From the sequence record SRR20825006_662: 33,010 bases of DNA, one strand, 5' to 3'. The notes below the pieces were generated by a model. That model had not been told where the DNA came from. It was given only the letters and a program-made list of their open reading frames with translations, and did not search any database. A program made the translations under genes and the position numbers. Every line of letters starts with the position of its first letter. The first letter of the stretch is position 1. Shown in pieces: positions 18,617 through 28,032 of this stretch.

Positions 18617-19843
18617 TTATGAAACGGTTGTACAGGGTTGTACCGCAGCACCTTCGATCCATCGCATGACCAGCAATGACAAAGACCCCAGGACCGCGAA
18701 ACCGCCTACCAATGGTAAAATGGTGCCGTTGTAACTGTGACCAATCAGGATACCGAGCGGCACAGAGATCAATGTTGAAATCGAACCAACCAGTGCGGAT
18801 CCTATCCCAGCGACATGCCCCAATGGTTCCATCGCCAAGGAATTTAGGTTTCCAAACAAGATTCCGATGGCAAAGAATGTCGCTAGCAGATAAGCCATCG
18901 TGCACCACAGCGGAGGACTTCCGGCGTGAAGAAATGCGAATCCAAAGAAGGCGGCCGAGGTGACGGCGAGCGATAGCATCGCGTGGCTGATCAATGCTCT
19001 CATGCCAAAACGCATTACCAAATTGGCATTCATCAGCGAGGCAACACCGGCGGCCGATGCCAACACGGCGAAGTAGATCGGAAACAACGAACCGAGTCCG
19101 TATTGTTGCTGAAAGATCTGAGCCGCCGAACTCAAAAACCCCAAAAACGCCCCCGACACCAAACCCGCGACCATCGTGTAGCCAAACGCGATACGATTGG
19201 TGCAAACTTCGCGTGAGACGTGAAGGATTCGTTGCAGCGAGAACGGCATTCGATGCGACGGCAAGAGTGTTTCCGGCTGTCGCCATGCGAACCAACCAAA
19301 CAGCATCAAAGCCAAGACGGCGAGCACCGCAAAAATCGCTCGCCAATTCGCCACCAAAAGAATTGCTTGGCCCAAAGTCGGCGCGATCACCGGCACCAAG
19401 ATAAAAATGGTCATCACGAACGACATCACTCGTGCCATGGCCCGCCCTTCGTATTGGTCACGGATCAACGCCAACGAAACGCTGCGAGGTCCGGCGACGC
19501 CGAGTCCCTGAACGAAGCGTCCCACCAACACCCATGTGAAGCTTTCGGCGACCAGCGAGATCATCGACCCAACAACGAACAGACCGAGCCCGGCGCACAA
19601 CGCCGTCTTTCGGCCAATGCTGTCTGACAGTGGTCCAAAGAACAGTTGCCCCAGAGCCATGCCGAGGAAAAGCAATGACACGATGAGTTGGCTGTCGTTC
19701 TCATGCTTGGCCCCGAGTTCCTCACCGATGATTGGCAAGGCGGGCAACATCGCATCAATCGCCAACGCGACGAGGGCCATCATCAACGCCATCAAGGTCA
19801 CGAACTCACCCAACGGCAAGGCAGGCTTTTGTTTTAAATCCAT
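18617..19843 (-). CDS. Bcr/CflA family MFS multidrug efflux transporter
   Basis: ALAIDAMLPALP, GQLFFGPLSDSIGRK, GRFVQG and PETL motifs; about 12 TM segments. Confidence 0.9.
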   Translation of the reverse strand: MDLKQKPALPLGEFVTLMALMMALVALAIDAMLPALPIIGEELGAKHENDSQLIVSLLFLGMALGQLFFGPLSDSIGRKTALCAGLGLFVVGSMISLVAESFTWVLVGRFVQGLGVAGPRSVSLALIRDQYEGRAMARVMSFVMTIFILVPVIAPTLGQAILLVANWRAIFAVLAVLALMLFGWFAWRQPETLLPSHRMPFSLQRILHVSREVCTNRIAFGYTMVAGLVSGAFLGFLSSAAQIFQQQYGLGSLFPIYFAVLASAAGVASLMNANLVMRFGMRALISHAMLSLAVTSAAFFGFAFLHAGSPPLWCTMAYLLATFFAIGILFGNLNSLAMEPLGHVAGIGSALVGSISTLISVPLGILIGHSYNGTILPLVGGFAVLGSLSLLVMRWIEGAAVQPCTTVS

Positions 19844-20142
19844 TCCAATCCCAACCTATCTCACCACAACAAAGCTCATTTTCCCATTGCCCCTTTAATG
19901 CACTCGCACCCTCAAGCACCACATCCATCCAAACGTCGCGAACGAATGAACCCGTCACGCCCCATTGTTGGTCTGGCCAACCGTACGATGGACTTCCAAG
20001 TCCGTCGAATCCAAAAACGATCTTTGCTCGATGCAGGAGCCAGACATCGCCCAGAACGGCCGACATAAATGGAAATACTCTCGGTCGCTTCAACAGCTAG
20101 ATCCAAGCACGACATGGATGACAAAGCGAGAGGCGACTGGGT

Positions 20143-20988
20143 TCAGTTCGGTGCGAAGTTTGGCCGATCGTGCGAATTCACATAAGCGGCGATGTCGTAT
20201 GCCTCTTGGTCGGTCAAATCGGCGTCGTCCAGAGGCATAGCGACCTGAAGCCAGGACGCCATTTTCTGCACTCCAGCCAGCCCGGCACCGTCGTTGAAAG
20301 ATTGATCGCCCCAAACCGGCGGCCCATCATCGCTTCCTAGTCCATCGTCCGAATGACACGAAGAACAACGGTCCATGTAGAGCGACTCACCTCGCTCGAC
20401 ACTGGGTGGCGTAGGAGGTTCGTCCAGAAGGGACATGTGGTTGGGACCGAGCGGCTTTGCCGGGTTCATCTTCAATGGAGTGCCCTCTGATAGCCAAGTG
20501 ATGTAAGCGGCAATCGCGACCGGCACCTTGGAACCATTCGGTGGCCGGGTCCCATTCTGACTTCGGATAAAACAGTTCAAAATCCGATCTTCGAGCGTGA
20601 TCACGCTTTTCTCTCTGGGGGAGTAAGCGGGGTACGCCGCCGCAACTCCGATGAATGATCCCGCCTCTTTATGCCGACCGGCATCCAAGTGACAGGAGGT
20701 GCACTTCAACGAATTGCCGACGAATGGACTCGATAGCGGATGCGTGTTGGTTGTTTTGACCAGCGACTCACCGAGCCTCACGATTTCGCCGAGTTCTCCA
20801 GGCGGGTAGGGCTGGTTCGATGACGATTGATTCGCTGCAACCAATCGCACCGGAACGGGACGGCTGGTTGCTGCCCGAGATGCCGTATCCTCATTCACCC
20901 CCACCATCCACCCCAATGTCCCCGCGACCATGCCGCACGTGAGGGCGAGCCGCAACTTTGATGATCGAAAAATACCGAGCCTACGCAT
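20143..20988 (-). CDS. Diheme c-type cytochrome, TsdA (thiosulfate dehydrogenase)-like
   Basis: CTSCH and CSSCH heme motifs, EDRILNCFIRSQNG, PPVWGDQSFNDGAG and AMPL; N-terminal export or anchor segment. Confidence 0.8.
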   Translation of the reverse strand: MRRLGIFRSSKLRLALTCGMVAGTLGWMVGVNEDTASRAATSRPVPVRLVAANQSSSNQPYPPGELGEIVRLGESLVKTTNTHPLSSPFVGNSLKCTSCHLDAGRHKEAGSFIGVAAAYPAYSPREKSVITLEDRILNCFIRSQNGTRPPNGSKVPVAIAAYITWLSEGTPLKMNPAKPLGPNHMSLLDEPPTPPSVERGESLYMDRCSSCHSDDGLGSDDGPPVWGDQSFNDGAGLAGVQKMASWLQVAMPLDDADLTDQEAYDIAAYVNSHDRPNFAPN

Positions 20989-21337
20989 TGCACTGTGTCA
21001 AAAAACTGGGGCAAAAAAACTGCGGTCGCAAGAATAACCACGCCACAAAGGAAACACGGTCCCTACGAAAACAGAACTGCCATCGAAAGACATGCAACCG
21101 AAAAGTCACTGACAAACCGCCATCGCGAAGACGATGTTCGTCGTCCCCGAAAACGGCCCACTTTGCGACCGCTTGCTGTGCTAGAGATGTCTTCCCAAAA
21201 GCTGGGACCGCCAAGGATCGTGCGGTCGGGCACTGACTGTCAACTTTCCCAACTGTTGGACTGTGCGACTTAGCACATGACCGCTGATGTCCCACATTCG
21301 ATGAGCGATTGTTTGGACGATTGACGACGTCGTTGGT

Positions 21338-22252
21338 CTACACTCTCGTCGACCGAAGCGTTTGTGGGAGAGGGTTGGGTTCAACCGACTTTGTCGCACG
21401 CGGATTGTGGCTGGATCGCAGGGAAGCGTTTTCCAGTCGACGCCCACCTCGGGCAAATTCATGTCGGCTCAAAGGAGCGAACTGACCCGTTTGATCGTCA
21501 AAAATATGATGGGTCACGATGATCGTTTGCTCGGTCACGTCAATCTCGTTGAAAGAGTTCTTCTCTTTCTCACGTCCTCGACCACGGCGTGATGTCGTTG
21601 TTCCACACTGGACGATCACAATGCCATGAGCACGACCTGCACCCGGATAGAAGTCGAGCGTGTTGCCAATGAAAGCACGGTGCAAATGGCCGCCCAAAAT
21701 CAGTTCCACTCCGAGCTTGACGAACAAGTTGATCGCTCGCTTCGCCTTCGGCATCGTTTGGTCATGCAAGTAGTCTGGTGCCGGCGCAAAGTGATGATGT
21801 GCGACAATAATCTTTGCCAACCCATCCGGAACACTGCCAAATGCATCGCGACAAAAATCGAGCTGCGACGGATGAATGCGTCCGTTGCTGATGGCCGATC
21901 GCGGAGCGGTGGAGTCGAGGCCCACGAAGAGGGCATCGGGTGTCTGAAGCACCGTGTTCAGTTCGTTGCTGATGTATTGGCGATAGTAACGATGCGGATC
22001 AGTCAGCCGTTCCACGATTCGGTATAGCGGCACGTCATGATTGCCTGGAATGACAATGCGAGGAACGTCTGGCAGTTGCTTGATGAACTCAGCGGCCTGT
22101 TGAAATTGCTCCGGTTTGGCACGTTGGGTCAGATCACCACTGACCACCACGACGTCTGGATCGATCGAGGGAGCCGTCCGAAGCAACGCCTCACCGACGT
22201 TCGGCAAATAGGGTGGTCCGAAGTGAACGTCGGAGATATGCAAGATTTTCAT
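21338..22252 (-). CDS. Calcineurin-like metallophosphoesterase (CpdA/Icc-like)
   Basis: HISDVHFG, SGDLTQ, PGNHD, HHH and GGHLH motifs. Confidence 0.9.
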   Translation of the reverse strand: MKILHISDVHFGPPYLPNVGEALLRTAPSIDPDVVVVSGDLTQRAKPEQFQQAAEFIKQLPDVPRIVIPGNHDVPLYRIVERLTDPHRYYRQYISNELNTVLQTPDALFVGLDSTAPRSAISNGRIHPSQLDFCRDAFGSVPDGLAKIIVAHHHFAPAPDYLHDQTMPKAKRAINLFVKLGVELILGGHLHRAFIGNTLDFYPGAGRAHGIVIVQCGTTTSRRGRGREKEKNSFNEIDVTEQTIIVTHHIFDDQTGQFAPLSRHEFARGGRRLENASLRSSHNPRATKSVEPNPLPQTLRSTRV

Positions 22253-22481
22253 GGCACACGGATTGCTCGTTCAAAGGTTCGTGAAGCGTGTACGGAGAAA
22301 GGATTTGGCAAGCACATGAACCGTTCGGTCTTTGGCCTTGGCTCCGTGTTGAAACCGTGGCGACCACGAACGGCTGAAGCACCAATCGACTCCGCAACAT
22401 CTGCTTCGTCTCGGACAGCTTGGATTGGCAAAACCAAGAAAGCTTGTCCCACAGCTCCTCATTGTTGCAATTCGCATACCG

Positions 22482-23423
22482 ATGAATTCATCCGTTTCCA
22501 TCCTCTGCAACCCTCATGCATCCGGCTGGGATCGTTGTCGCGATGACCTTGAGCGTTCAGCGAGCGAGCGAGGACATGATCTGGTCAAACTCGATCCAGA
22601 CGACCATTGGCTTGATCAAATCCGAAACAACTCTCCACAACGGCTTTGTATCTTCGGAGGCGACGGGACACTCTCCAAGGTGGTCCAAAAACTTGACCAC
22701 GAAAAGATGCTGGATCGATTTGAACTGGGTTTAATCCCAGGTGGAACGGGAAATGACTTTGCTCGCTCAATCGGGATGCACGGACTGCCATGGCGTGACG
22801 CTTATGCTACCGCAACAGAGCAACCAGTAACGCCAATTGATTTGATTGACATTCGCAATGGTTCCGCCCACTTGATCATCAACGCCGCCACGGCTGGCTT
22901 CGGCGGATTGGTTTCGGGTGAAGTCAGTTCGGCAGACAAGCAACGGTGGGGATCGATGGCATACTGGATCACCGCCGTCACCCATCTGACATCGTTACCG
23001 AAGTACTCACTTGAATTGACCTTCCAAGATGACACACAAGCCAAGTTTGAGGTGTTTGGATTGGCGGTGGCATCCGGTCGGTATGTCGGGGGCGGGTTTC
23101 CGGTGGCGCCCGAGGCAACAGTCAATGATGGTTTGCTGGATGTCACGGTTGTGCCCGTGATGCCCGTTTCTGAATTGTTGGCCGTGGGAGTCGACACAAC
23201 GTTTGGCTGGCATCACGAATCCGGGCGTATCGCGACCTTCACCGCTCGCTGGGTTCGCGTCGAGTCCACACCTCCGCTGCCATACAGTTTGGATGGCGAA
23301 ACCGAACAAAGTGACGGCGTTGACTTCTCGATCCGCCCCGCTGCGATGCGTGTCGCATGCCATGCCGAAGCCGTCGGCGTGCAGTCGCCGGGTGCATTCC
23401 AAACCGCTACGCAGTCTCCATGA
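22482..23423 (+). CDS. Diacylglycerol/lipid kinase family protein (YegS/DgkB-like)
   Basis: NPHAS, GGDGTL, PGGTGNDFAR, YVGGG, DGLLDV and LDGE motifs; start taken at ATG 22482. Confidence 0.9.
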   Translation: MNSSVSILCNPHASGWDRCRDDLERSASERGHDLVKLDPDDHWLDQIRNNSPQRLCIFGGDGTLSKVVQKLDHEKMLDRFELGLIPGGTGNDFARSIGMHGLPWRDAYATATEQPVTPIDLIDIRNGSAHLIINAATAGFGGLVSGEVSSADKQRWGSMAYWITAVTHLTSLPKYSLELTFQDDTQAKFEVFGLAVASGRYVGGGFPVAPEATVNDGLLDVTVVPVMPVSELLAVGVDTTFGWHHESGRIATFTARWVRVESTPPLPYSLDGETEQSDGVDFSIRPAAMRVACHAEAVGVQSPGAFQTATQSP

Positions 23424-23443
23424 TTGAGGCTCCATGATTGAGG
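23416..23443 (+). repeat. 14-bp exact tandem duplication (CTCCATGATTGAGG x2)
   Basis: Directly visible at 23416-23429 and 23430-23443, spanning the kinase stop codon. Confidence 0.85.
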
Positions 23444-23538
23444 CGGCGATGGAACGAGAAAGTTCGCCGATGGTTTGCTTTCAAATTGGCGCGGCAGTTG
23501 CTCGCCTATGGGGCATCCAACCCCAACGAGGTGACACA

Positions 23539-23904
23539 ATGACACGAAACGATTTGATTCGCAGCCTGGTGAACAAACTTCAACGTCGAGCAGCGGAAAT
23601 CCAGGAAATGGTTCGCACCGAGTTCGATGAGTTTCAACGCGTGAACGATCATACGGTTGGCGATGCCGGCGATCGTGGCATTGAATCTCACGCCAGCGAA
23701 CTGACCAGTCGCATGGCCGAATCAGAAAGCCGCGAACTGGCGGACATCGAAGAGGCTCTGGATCGATTGCGAGACGGTACGTTTGGTGATTGCGAAGATT
23801 GTGGCAAATCGATTCCGATGAATCGGCTGCAAGTCGTACCTCACGCTCGCCGGTGTGTGCGATGTCAAAAGGCAAGTGAAAACAGTCAACTGATGGCCGT
23901 GTGA
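23539..23904 (+). CDS. TraR/DksA family C4 zinc-finger transcription factor
   Basis: Coiled-coil tip DAGDRG, ALDRLRDGTFGDCEDCGKSIPMNRL...P.ARRCVRC; GAGGTG RBS before ATG 23539. Confidence 0.9.
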   Translation: MTRNDLIRSLVNKLQRRAAEIQEMVRTEFDEFQRVNDHTVGDAGDRGIESHASELTSRMAESESRELADIEEALDRLRDGTFGDCEDCGKSIPMNRLQVVPHARRCVRCQKASENSQLMAV

Positions 23905-24611
23905 TGCGACGATGGCTGATCTTAGTGCTGGTCGTGGCACTCCTCGCGACGCTTTGGTATTTCTCGGGTGCTTCCATGCATTACGACACCATCGCGGAAA
24001 ACGAGAAGTGGCTTCGATCCCTGATCAATGACCATCCGATTCTTTCGGTCGCCGCCGCCACGGGCATCTACATTCTGACATCTTTGATCCCCGGAACGAC
24101 AGGCAAATCCATCCTCTACGGATGGCTCTTCGGACTGTGGATTGGCCTGGCAATTGTCAGTATCTCACTAACAGTCGCCGCCTGCATTGCGTTGTTATCC
24201 GTTCGACTGATGTTTCGCGAATGGGCACTGCGCAAGGTCCCGCGGCTGGTTCGAAAGATTGAGTCAGCTCTCAACGTGGGAGGCCAAGCGACGTGCCTGC
24301 TAACACTTCGGTTGCTGCATGCACCCTACACGGGAGTGAACTATTCGGCCGGAGCAACCAACGTACGGATCTCGACGTTCGCATGGACCACGTTGATTGG
24401 CATGATCCCCAGCAACGTCGTCTTCGTGCTAGCAGGTTCGCGGCTCCCCAGCGTTGATCGTTTGGGACAGCTCGATCTGTGGACCGTGGTGGATTGGAAA
24501 ATTCTTCTGGTCAGTTCGGTCGTGATTGCGATTCCTTTGGTCATCACTCATTCATCGCGACGATTTCGTGGGATTGGCGATGAAGCGACTCCCGTCGAAG
24601 GAGGCTCGTGA
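23901..24611 (+). CDS. TVP38/TMEM64 (VTT/DedA superfamily) membrane protein
   Basis: GWLFGLWIG, LRLLHAPYTGVNYSAG and FAWTTLIGMIP; GTGA overlap with the previous gene. Confidence 0.85.
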   Translation: MMRRWLILVLVVALLATLWYFSGASMHYDTIAENEKWLRSLINDHPILSVAAATGIYILTSLIPGTTGKSILYGWLFGLWIGLAIVSISLTVAACIALLSVRLMFREWALRKVPRLVRKIESALNVGGQATCLLTLRLLHAPYTGVNYSAGATNVRISTFAWTTLIGMIPSNVVFVLAGSRLPSVDRLGQLDLWTVVDWKILLVSSVVIAIPLVITHSSRRFRGIGDEATPVEGGS

Positions 24612-25573
24612 TGACTAATGTTGCGATCTCTGTGTTTGGATTGCTGTTGGTAGGAACTGTCTATCGCTTGGCAACGCTGAAAGACTGGACCAGCGACCTT
24701 GCTCGCAAACGCTTGGGCAGCTTGCTTTCGTGGTGGATCGTTTCCACTTGGGTTCTGCTCTGTGCAGTTGGTGCAACGATCATCGCCTCGCTATTGTTTG
24801 CGACGGTGAGCACGCTTGCATTCCGAGAGTATGCAAGACTTGCTTTTCATCACGACAATGAGAGCAGCCAACCCAACATTCAACGCCACTCAGAGAACAA
24901 GACACACGCTCTGCCGGCCATGCCAATCATGGCGGTTGGCTACGTCTGTATCGCATCGCTGTACGCGGGGCTCGCCGCGGGCGCGGACCACACACTCATC
25001 CTTTGCCTTCCACTGGCTTGCGTCATCATCGCAGGCAGCGTGCTGATGATGACGACATCTACGAAACGATTCACCAGCGATGTTGGTGGACTTGTTTATG
25101 GTGTCACGCTAACGGGGTGTCTTCCCGCAGCATCGATTTTGCTGCTTCCGTCTGACGCAACTCCGTCGCTCGCAATTCCGGGTTGGTTCTTGCTGTTGAT
25201 TTGCTCGACGGAAGTCAACGACATCACCGCCGCTTGGTTCGGCAGAGCATTGGGACGACACAAACTCGCCCCGACCCTTTCGCCCAACAAAACGATGGAA
25301 GGATTCATCGGCGGGACTCTCACCACCATCACGCTAGCCATCCTCATCGGCCCACATCTCACCGCCATGTCACACGCGACGAGCGGCATTTTGGGTCTGG
25401 CAATCGCGATTGCGGGAACTCTCGGCGATCTCAACATGTCCGCGATCAAACGTTCCGCAGGCGTGAAAGACAGCGGCGATGTCTTGCCCGGGCAAGGCGG
25501 TATTCTCGATCGCATCGATTCCCTCACATTCACCGCCCCGGTCGCGTTGCTGCTAATGAAGGTCCTTTCATGA
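24608..25573 (+). CDS. Phosphatidate cytidylyltransferase (CdsA/YnbB-like)
   Basis: ND...FGRALGRHKLAPTLSPNKTMEG and GDLNMSAIKRSAGVKDSGDVLPGQGGILDRIDS signature. Confidence 0.92.
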   Translation: MMTNVAISVFGLLLVGTVYRLATLKDWTSDLARKRLGSLLSWWIVSTWVLLCAVGATIIASLLFATVSTLAFREYARLAFHHDNESSQPNIQRHSENKTHALPAMPIMAVGYVCIASLYAGLAAGADHTLILCLPLACVIIAGSVLMMTTSTKRFTSDVGGLVYGVTLTGCLPAASILLLPSDATPSLAIPGWFLLLICSTEVNDITAAWFGRALGRHKLAPTLSPNKTMEGFIGGTLTTITLAILIGPHLTAMSHATSGILGLAIAIAGTLGDLNMSAIKRSAGVKDSGDVLPGQGGILDRIDSLTFTAPVALLLMKVLS

Positions 25574-26250
25574 ACAACGTGGAACAGATCGCGCCGCCTC
25601 CCGCCAACCGTGGCCCTAACATTCCAAGCGGCGATGGAAAACCCAATTCCACTGCGCCCGAGCATGTCACGTCCAATCCAGTCATATCCAATCTCACAGT
25701 GCCCAACATCATCTGTGTCCTGCGAGCCTTGCTTTCGCCGTTCATGGTTTTGTTGTCTTGGAACGATCAAGCTCAAGCCACGCTGATCTTGTTCATAGTT
25801 TTGACCTTATCAGACACCGTCGATGGGAAGATCGCTCGATGGCTCGACCAACGCACTGAGATTGGCCCGAAACTCGACAGCATCGCGGATGCGGCCATGT
25901 ACGTCTGCCTGGCATTGTCGCTGTTGTTCTTACGAGCTGACCTATTGGCGAACGAAGCAATTTGGATTGCCGCAGCGATCGGCAGCTTCATCGCGGCGGA
26001 ATGCTTTGCTCTGCTCAAGTTTGGCAAGCTACCGACCTACCACACGCGAACCGCAAAGACCGCCTGGTTGTTGGTCGGGATCGCCGCGGTCAACCTTTTG
26101 ATCGGCGGACCAGCTTGGCCACTTCATATTGCCATGGCGAGCGTCATCGTTGCCAACATCGAAAGCGGATTGTTGACCTATTCTTTGAAGAAACCGGTCA
26201 GCGACGTGACGTCAATCTTTCATGTCCGTAGCAAACAAAACCTGACATAG
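25570..26250 (+). CDS. CDP-alcohol phosphatidyltransferase family protein
   Basis: TVPNIICVLR and DTVDGKIARWLDQRTEIGPKLDSIAD signature; ATGA overlap places the start at 25570. Confidence 0.92.
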   Translation: MNNVEQIAPPPANRGPNIPSGDGKPNSTAPEHVTSNPVISNLTVPNIICVLRALLSPFMVLLSWNDQAQATLILFIVLTLSDTVDGKIARWLDQRTEIGPKLDSIADAAMYVCLALSLLFLRADLLANEAIWIAAAIGSFIAAECFALLKFGKLPTYHTRTAKTAWLLVGIAAVNLLIGGPAWPLHIAMASVIVANIESGLLTYSLKKPVSDVTSIFHVRSKQNLT

Positions 26251-26293
26251 CGTTCGCCGCAGGCAGTCGAATTCGCCTGGCCGCCGCGCCAGC

Positions 26294-27838
26294 TCATGGC
26301 GAACGAAGCGACATGCAAACGCGGGTTCCATCAGCGGGTTTGGTGGAGACACCCGCGCGGGCAGGATTCTGTGGCAATTCCGACCGGAAACGGAACGTTT
26401 TCACCAATGCCCCAACGGTCAACCCGACCTCCAATTCACCCAGGTGTTTGCCGGGACAAACTCTCGGGCCGTGCCCAAAACCGAAATGCAACGTGTCCTT
26501 TGTTGCCCGACCCGACTCGGCAAGAATTCGCCAGCGATCGGGTTCAAACACGTTCGCTGGATAGCCAGACACCTCCACGCCCCAGTGGTCCTCATGACGA
26601 TTGGCATGCCACACGTCCAGTAACAAATGGGTGCCCCAGGGAATGAACATTGTTCGACCGTCGGCCGACGTCACCCAAGTATCGGCGGTGGCTCGTCGTG
26701 GCAAAAAGTACAACGAAGGTGTCAACCGCAATGTCTCGTCCAGCACCGCTCGCAGGTATTTCGCACCCGCCAAGATCTCCGGTGTGTAAACATCGATGTC
26801 CTTCACTTCTTCGAAGACTTTTTCTTGCGCGTCGGGATGACGTGCCAAATGAGAGATCGCCCAAGTCGCGTAGGACGTCGTCGCTTCCAAAGCTCCTGCC
26901 AAGAAGACCTTGAGGTTGCTGATCAACTTCGCATCGGGTGCATCTGACTTGAATTGCTTCCACAAAGCTTTCTTTTCGCCGCGAGGAGCCAAAATTCGCT
27001 GTGTCAGTTCCTCGAACGTGGCATCATCTGCTTTCGCTCGAACAATCCGATCGCTCAAGCTCGGAAATTTCCGCCATGGAACCCCAAGCCGATTCTTCAC
27101 CGTGTCTGAGACAATATGGTCGATCACACGCTCCAAAGCAGGAACATACTTTTCACGCAGCTCTTCATAGCTAATTTCGGCACCGAAAAAGTTGTTGGTG
27201 AGCATCTCCAGCATCACCACCTTGACTTCGGGTTCCAACGGAATGTCCACCGTCTCTTGACCACTGGCCGCTAGATGCTGTCGCAGCACATCGATCCGTC
27301 CCCGAACAGTTTCTCGAAAGGTGTCAGCGAACTCGCAAAACTGTTCCGGTTGAAACAAGGTCGTTTTGCCGAATGGACATGCCGCGATTTTCCGCTGCTT
27401 TTTCCATTCCGCTCCGTTGGCGTATAGCAACGTATCGGTGCCGGTCGCTCGAGCAATGCCGACCGAGGGAAGCGTGTCTCGATCGAATTGCCCCTCTCGG
27501 TCTCCAGTCGCCGTCGCGATGGCTCGGATCATGCCCGGATCACGAGTCACCAGCACAGGTGCAAACCCGGGAACATCGAGGTACCGATTGTGGCGTCCCG
27601 GACCTTGTTCTTCTTCAGCATTCCAGAAGTACGTTTCGAGAATTCGAACTGGATCTTCGAAATTCCAGCGGTGCGGAAACGGCTGGGTGGGCCGACCTGA
27701 TCTCGGATCAAACAAACGCACGCGTGACGGCATGCAATCCCCATCAAACGGACTGATCGCCAAGAATTGCTTTGGCAATCGCGAAAGACGTCGATAGCCA
27801 GGAAGGTGATCTTTCAAGTTGCTCGTTCCGTTCTGCAT
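26294..27838 (-). CDS. Cytochrome P450
   Basis: ETLR (ExxR), FEPDRW and FGFGHGPRVCPG heme-thiolate motif; AAGGAAG upstream of ATG 27838. Confidence 0.92.
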   Translation of the reverse strand: MQNGTSNLKDHLPGYRRLSRLPKQFLAISPFDGDCMPSRVRLFDPRSGRPTQPFPHRWNFEDPVRILETYFWNAEEEQGPGRHNRYLDVPGFAPVLVTRDPGMIRAIATATGDREGQFDRDTLPSVGIARATGTDTLLYANGAEWKKQRKIAACPFGKTTLFQPEQFCEFADTFRETVRGRIDVLRQHLAASGQETVDIPLEPEVKVVMLEMLTNNFFGAEISYEELREKYVPALERVIDHIVSDTVKNRLGVPWRKFPSLSDRIVRAKADDATFEELTQRILAPRGEKKALWKQFKSDAPDAKLISNLKVFLAGALEATTSYATWAISHLARHPDAQEKVFEEVKDIDVYTPEILAGAKYLRAVLDETLRLTPSLYFLPRRATADTWVTSADGRTMFIPWGTHLLLDVWHANRHEDHWGVEVSGYPANVFEPDRWRILAESGRATKDTLHFGFGHGPRVCPGKHLGELEVGLTVGALVKTFRFRSELPQNPARAGVSTKPADGTRVCMSLRSP

Positions 27839-28032
27839 GAATTAGCTTCCTTCCTCAACCTATCGAAACCAAACTGCGGTCCGAACCGAAAACCCAAATC
27901 ACCTCGCAATCGCAGTTACAATCGCGATTCCCACCGGCAAAGCTCGCTCACGCACCCCCGCAGGATTGTAGCACCAGCGACGGCCAACAATCTCTCCCAC
28001 CCCAAACGCCTCCCTCTCACCGATCTCCATTC

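Noticed and set aside
20995-21120. A-rich, loosely periodic intergenic stretch as a CRISPR or tandem array
   Set aside because: No constant repeat unit or regular spacers; I found no CRISPR array anywhere in the window.
25183-25569. N-terminal extension of the CDP-alcohol transferase ORF (likewise 31368-31754 for the ATPase and 12798-12968 for TspO)
   Set aside because: The extensions overlap upstream genes or lack family similarity; 4-nt overlap starts or motif boundaries give better starts.
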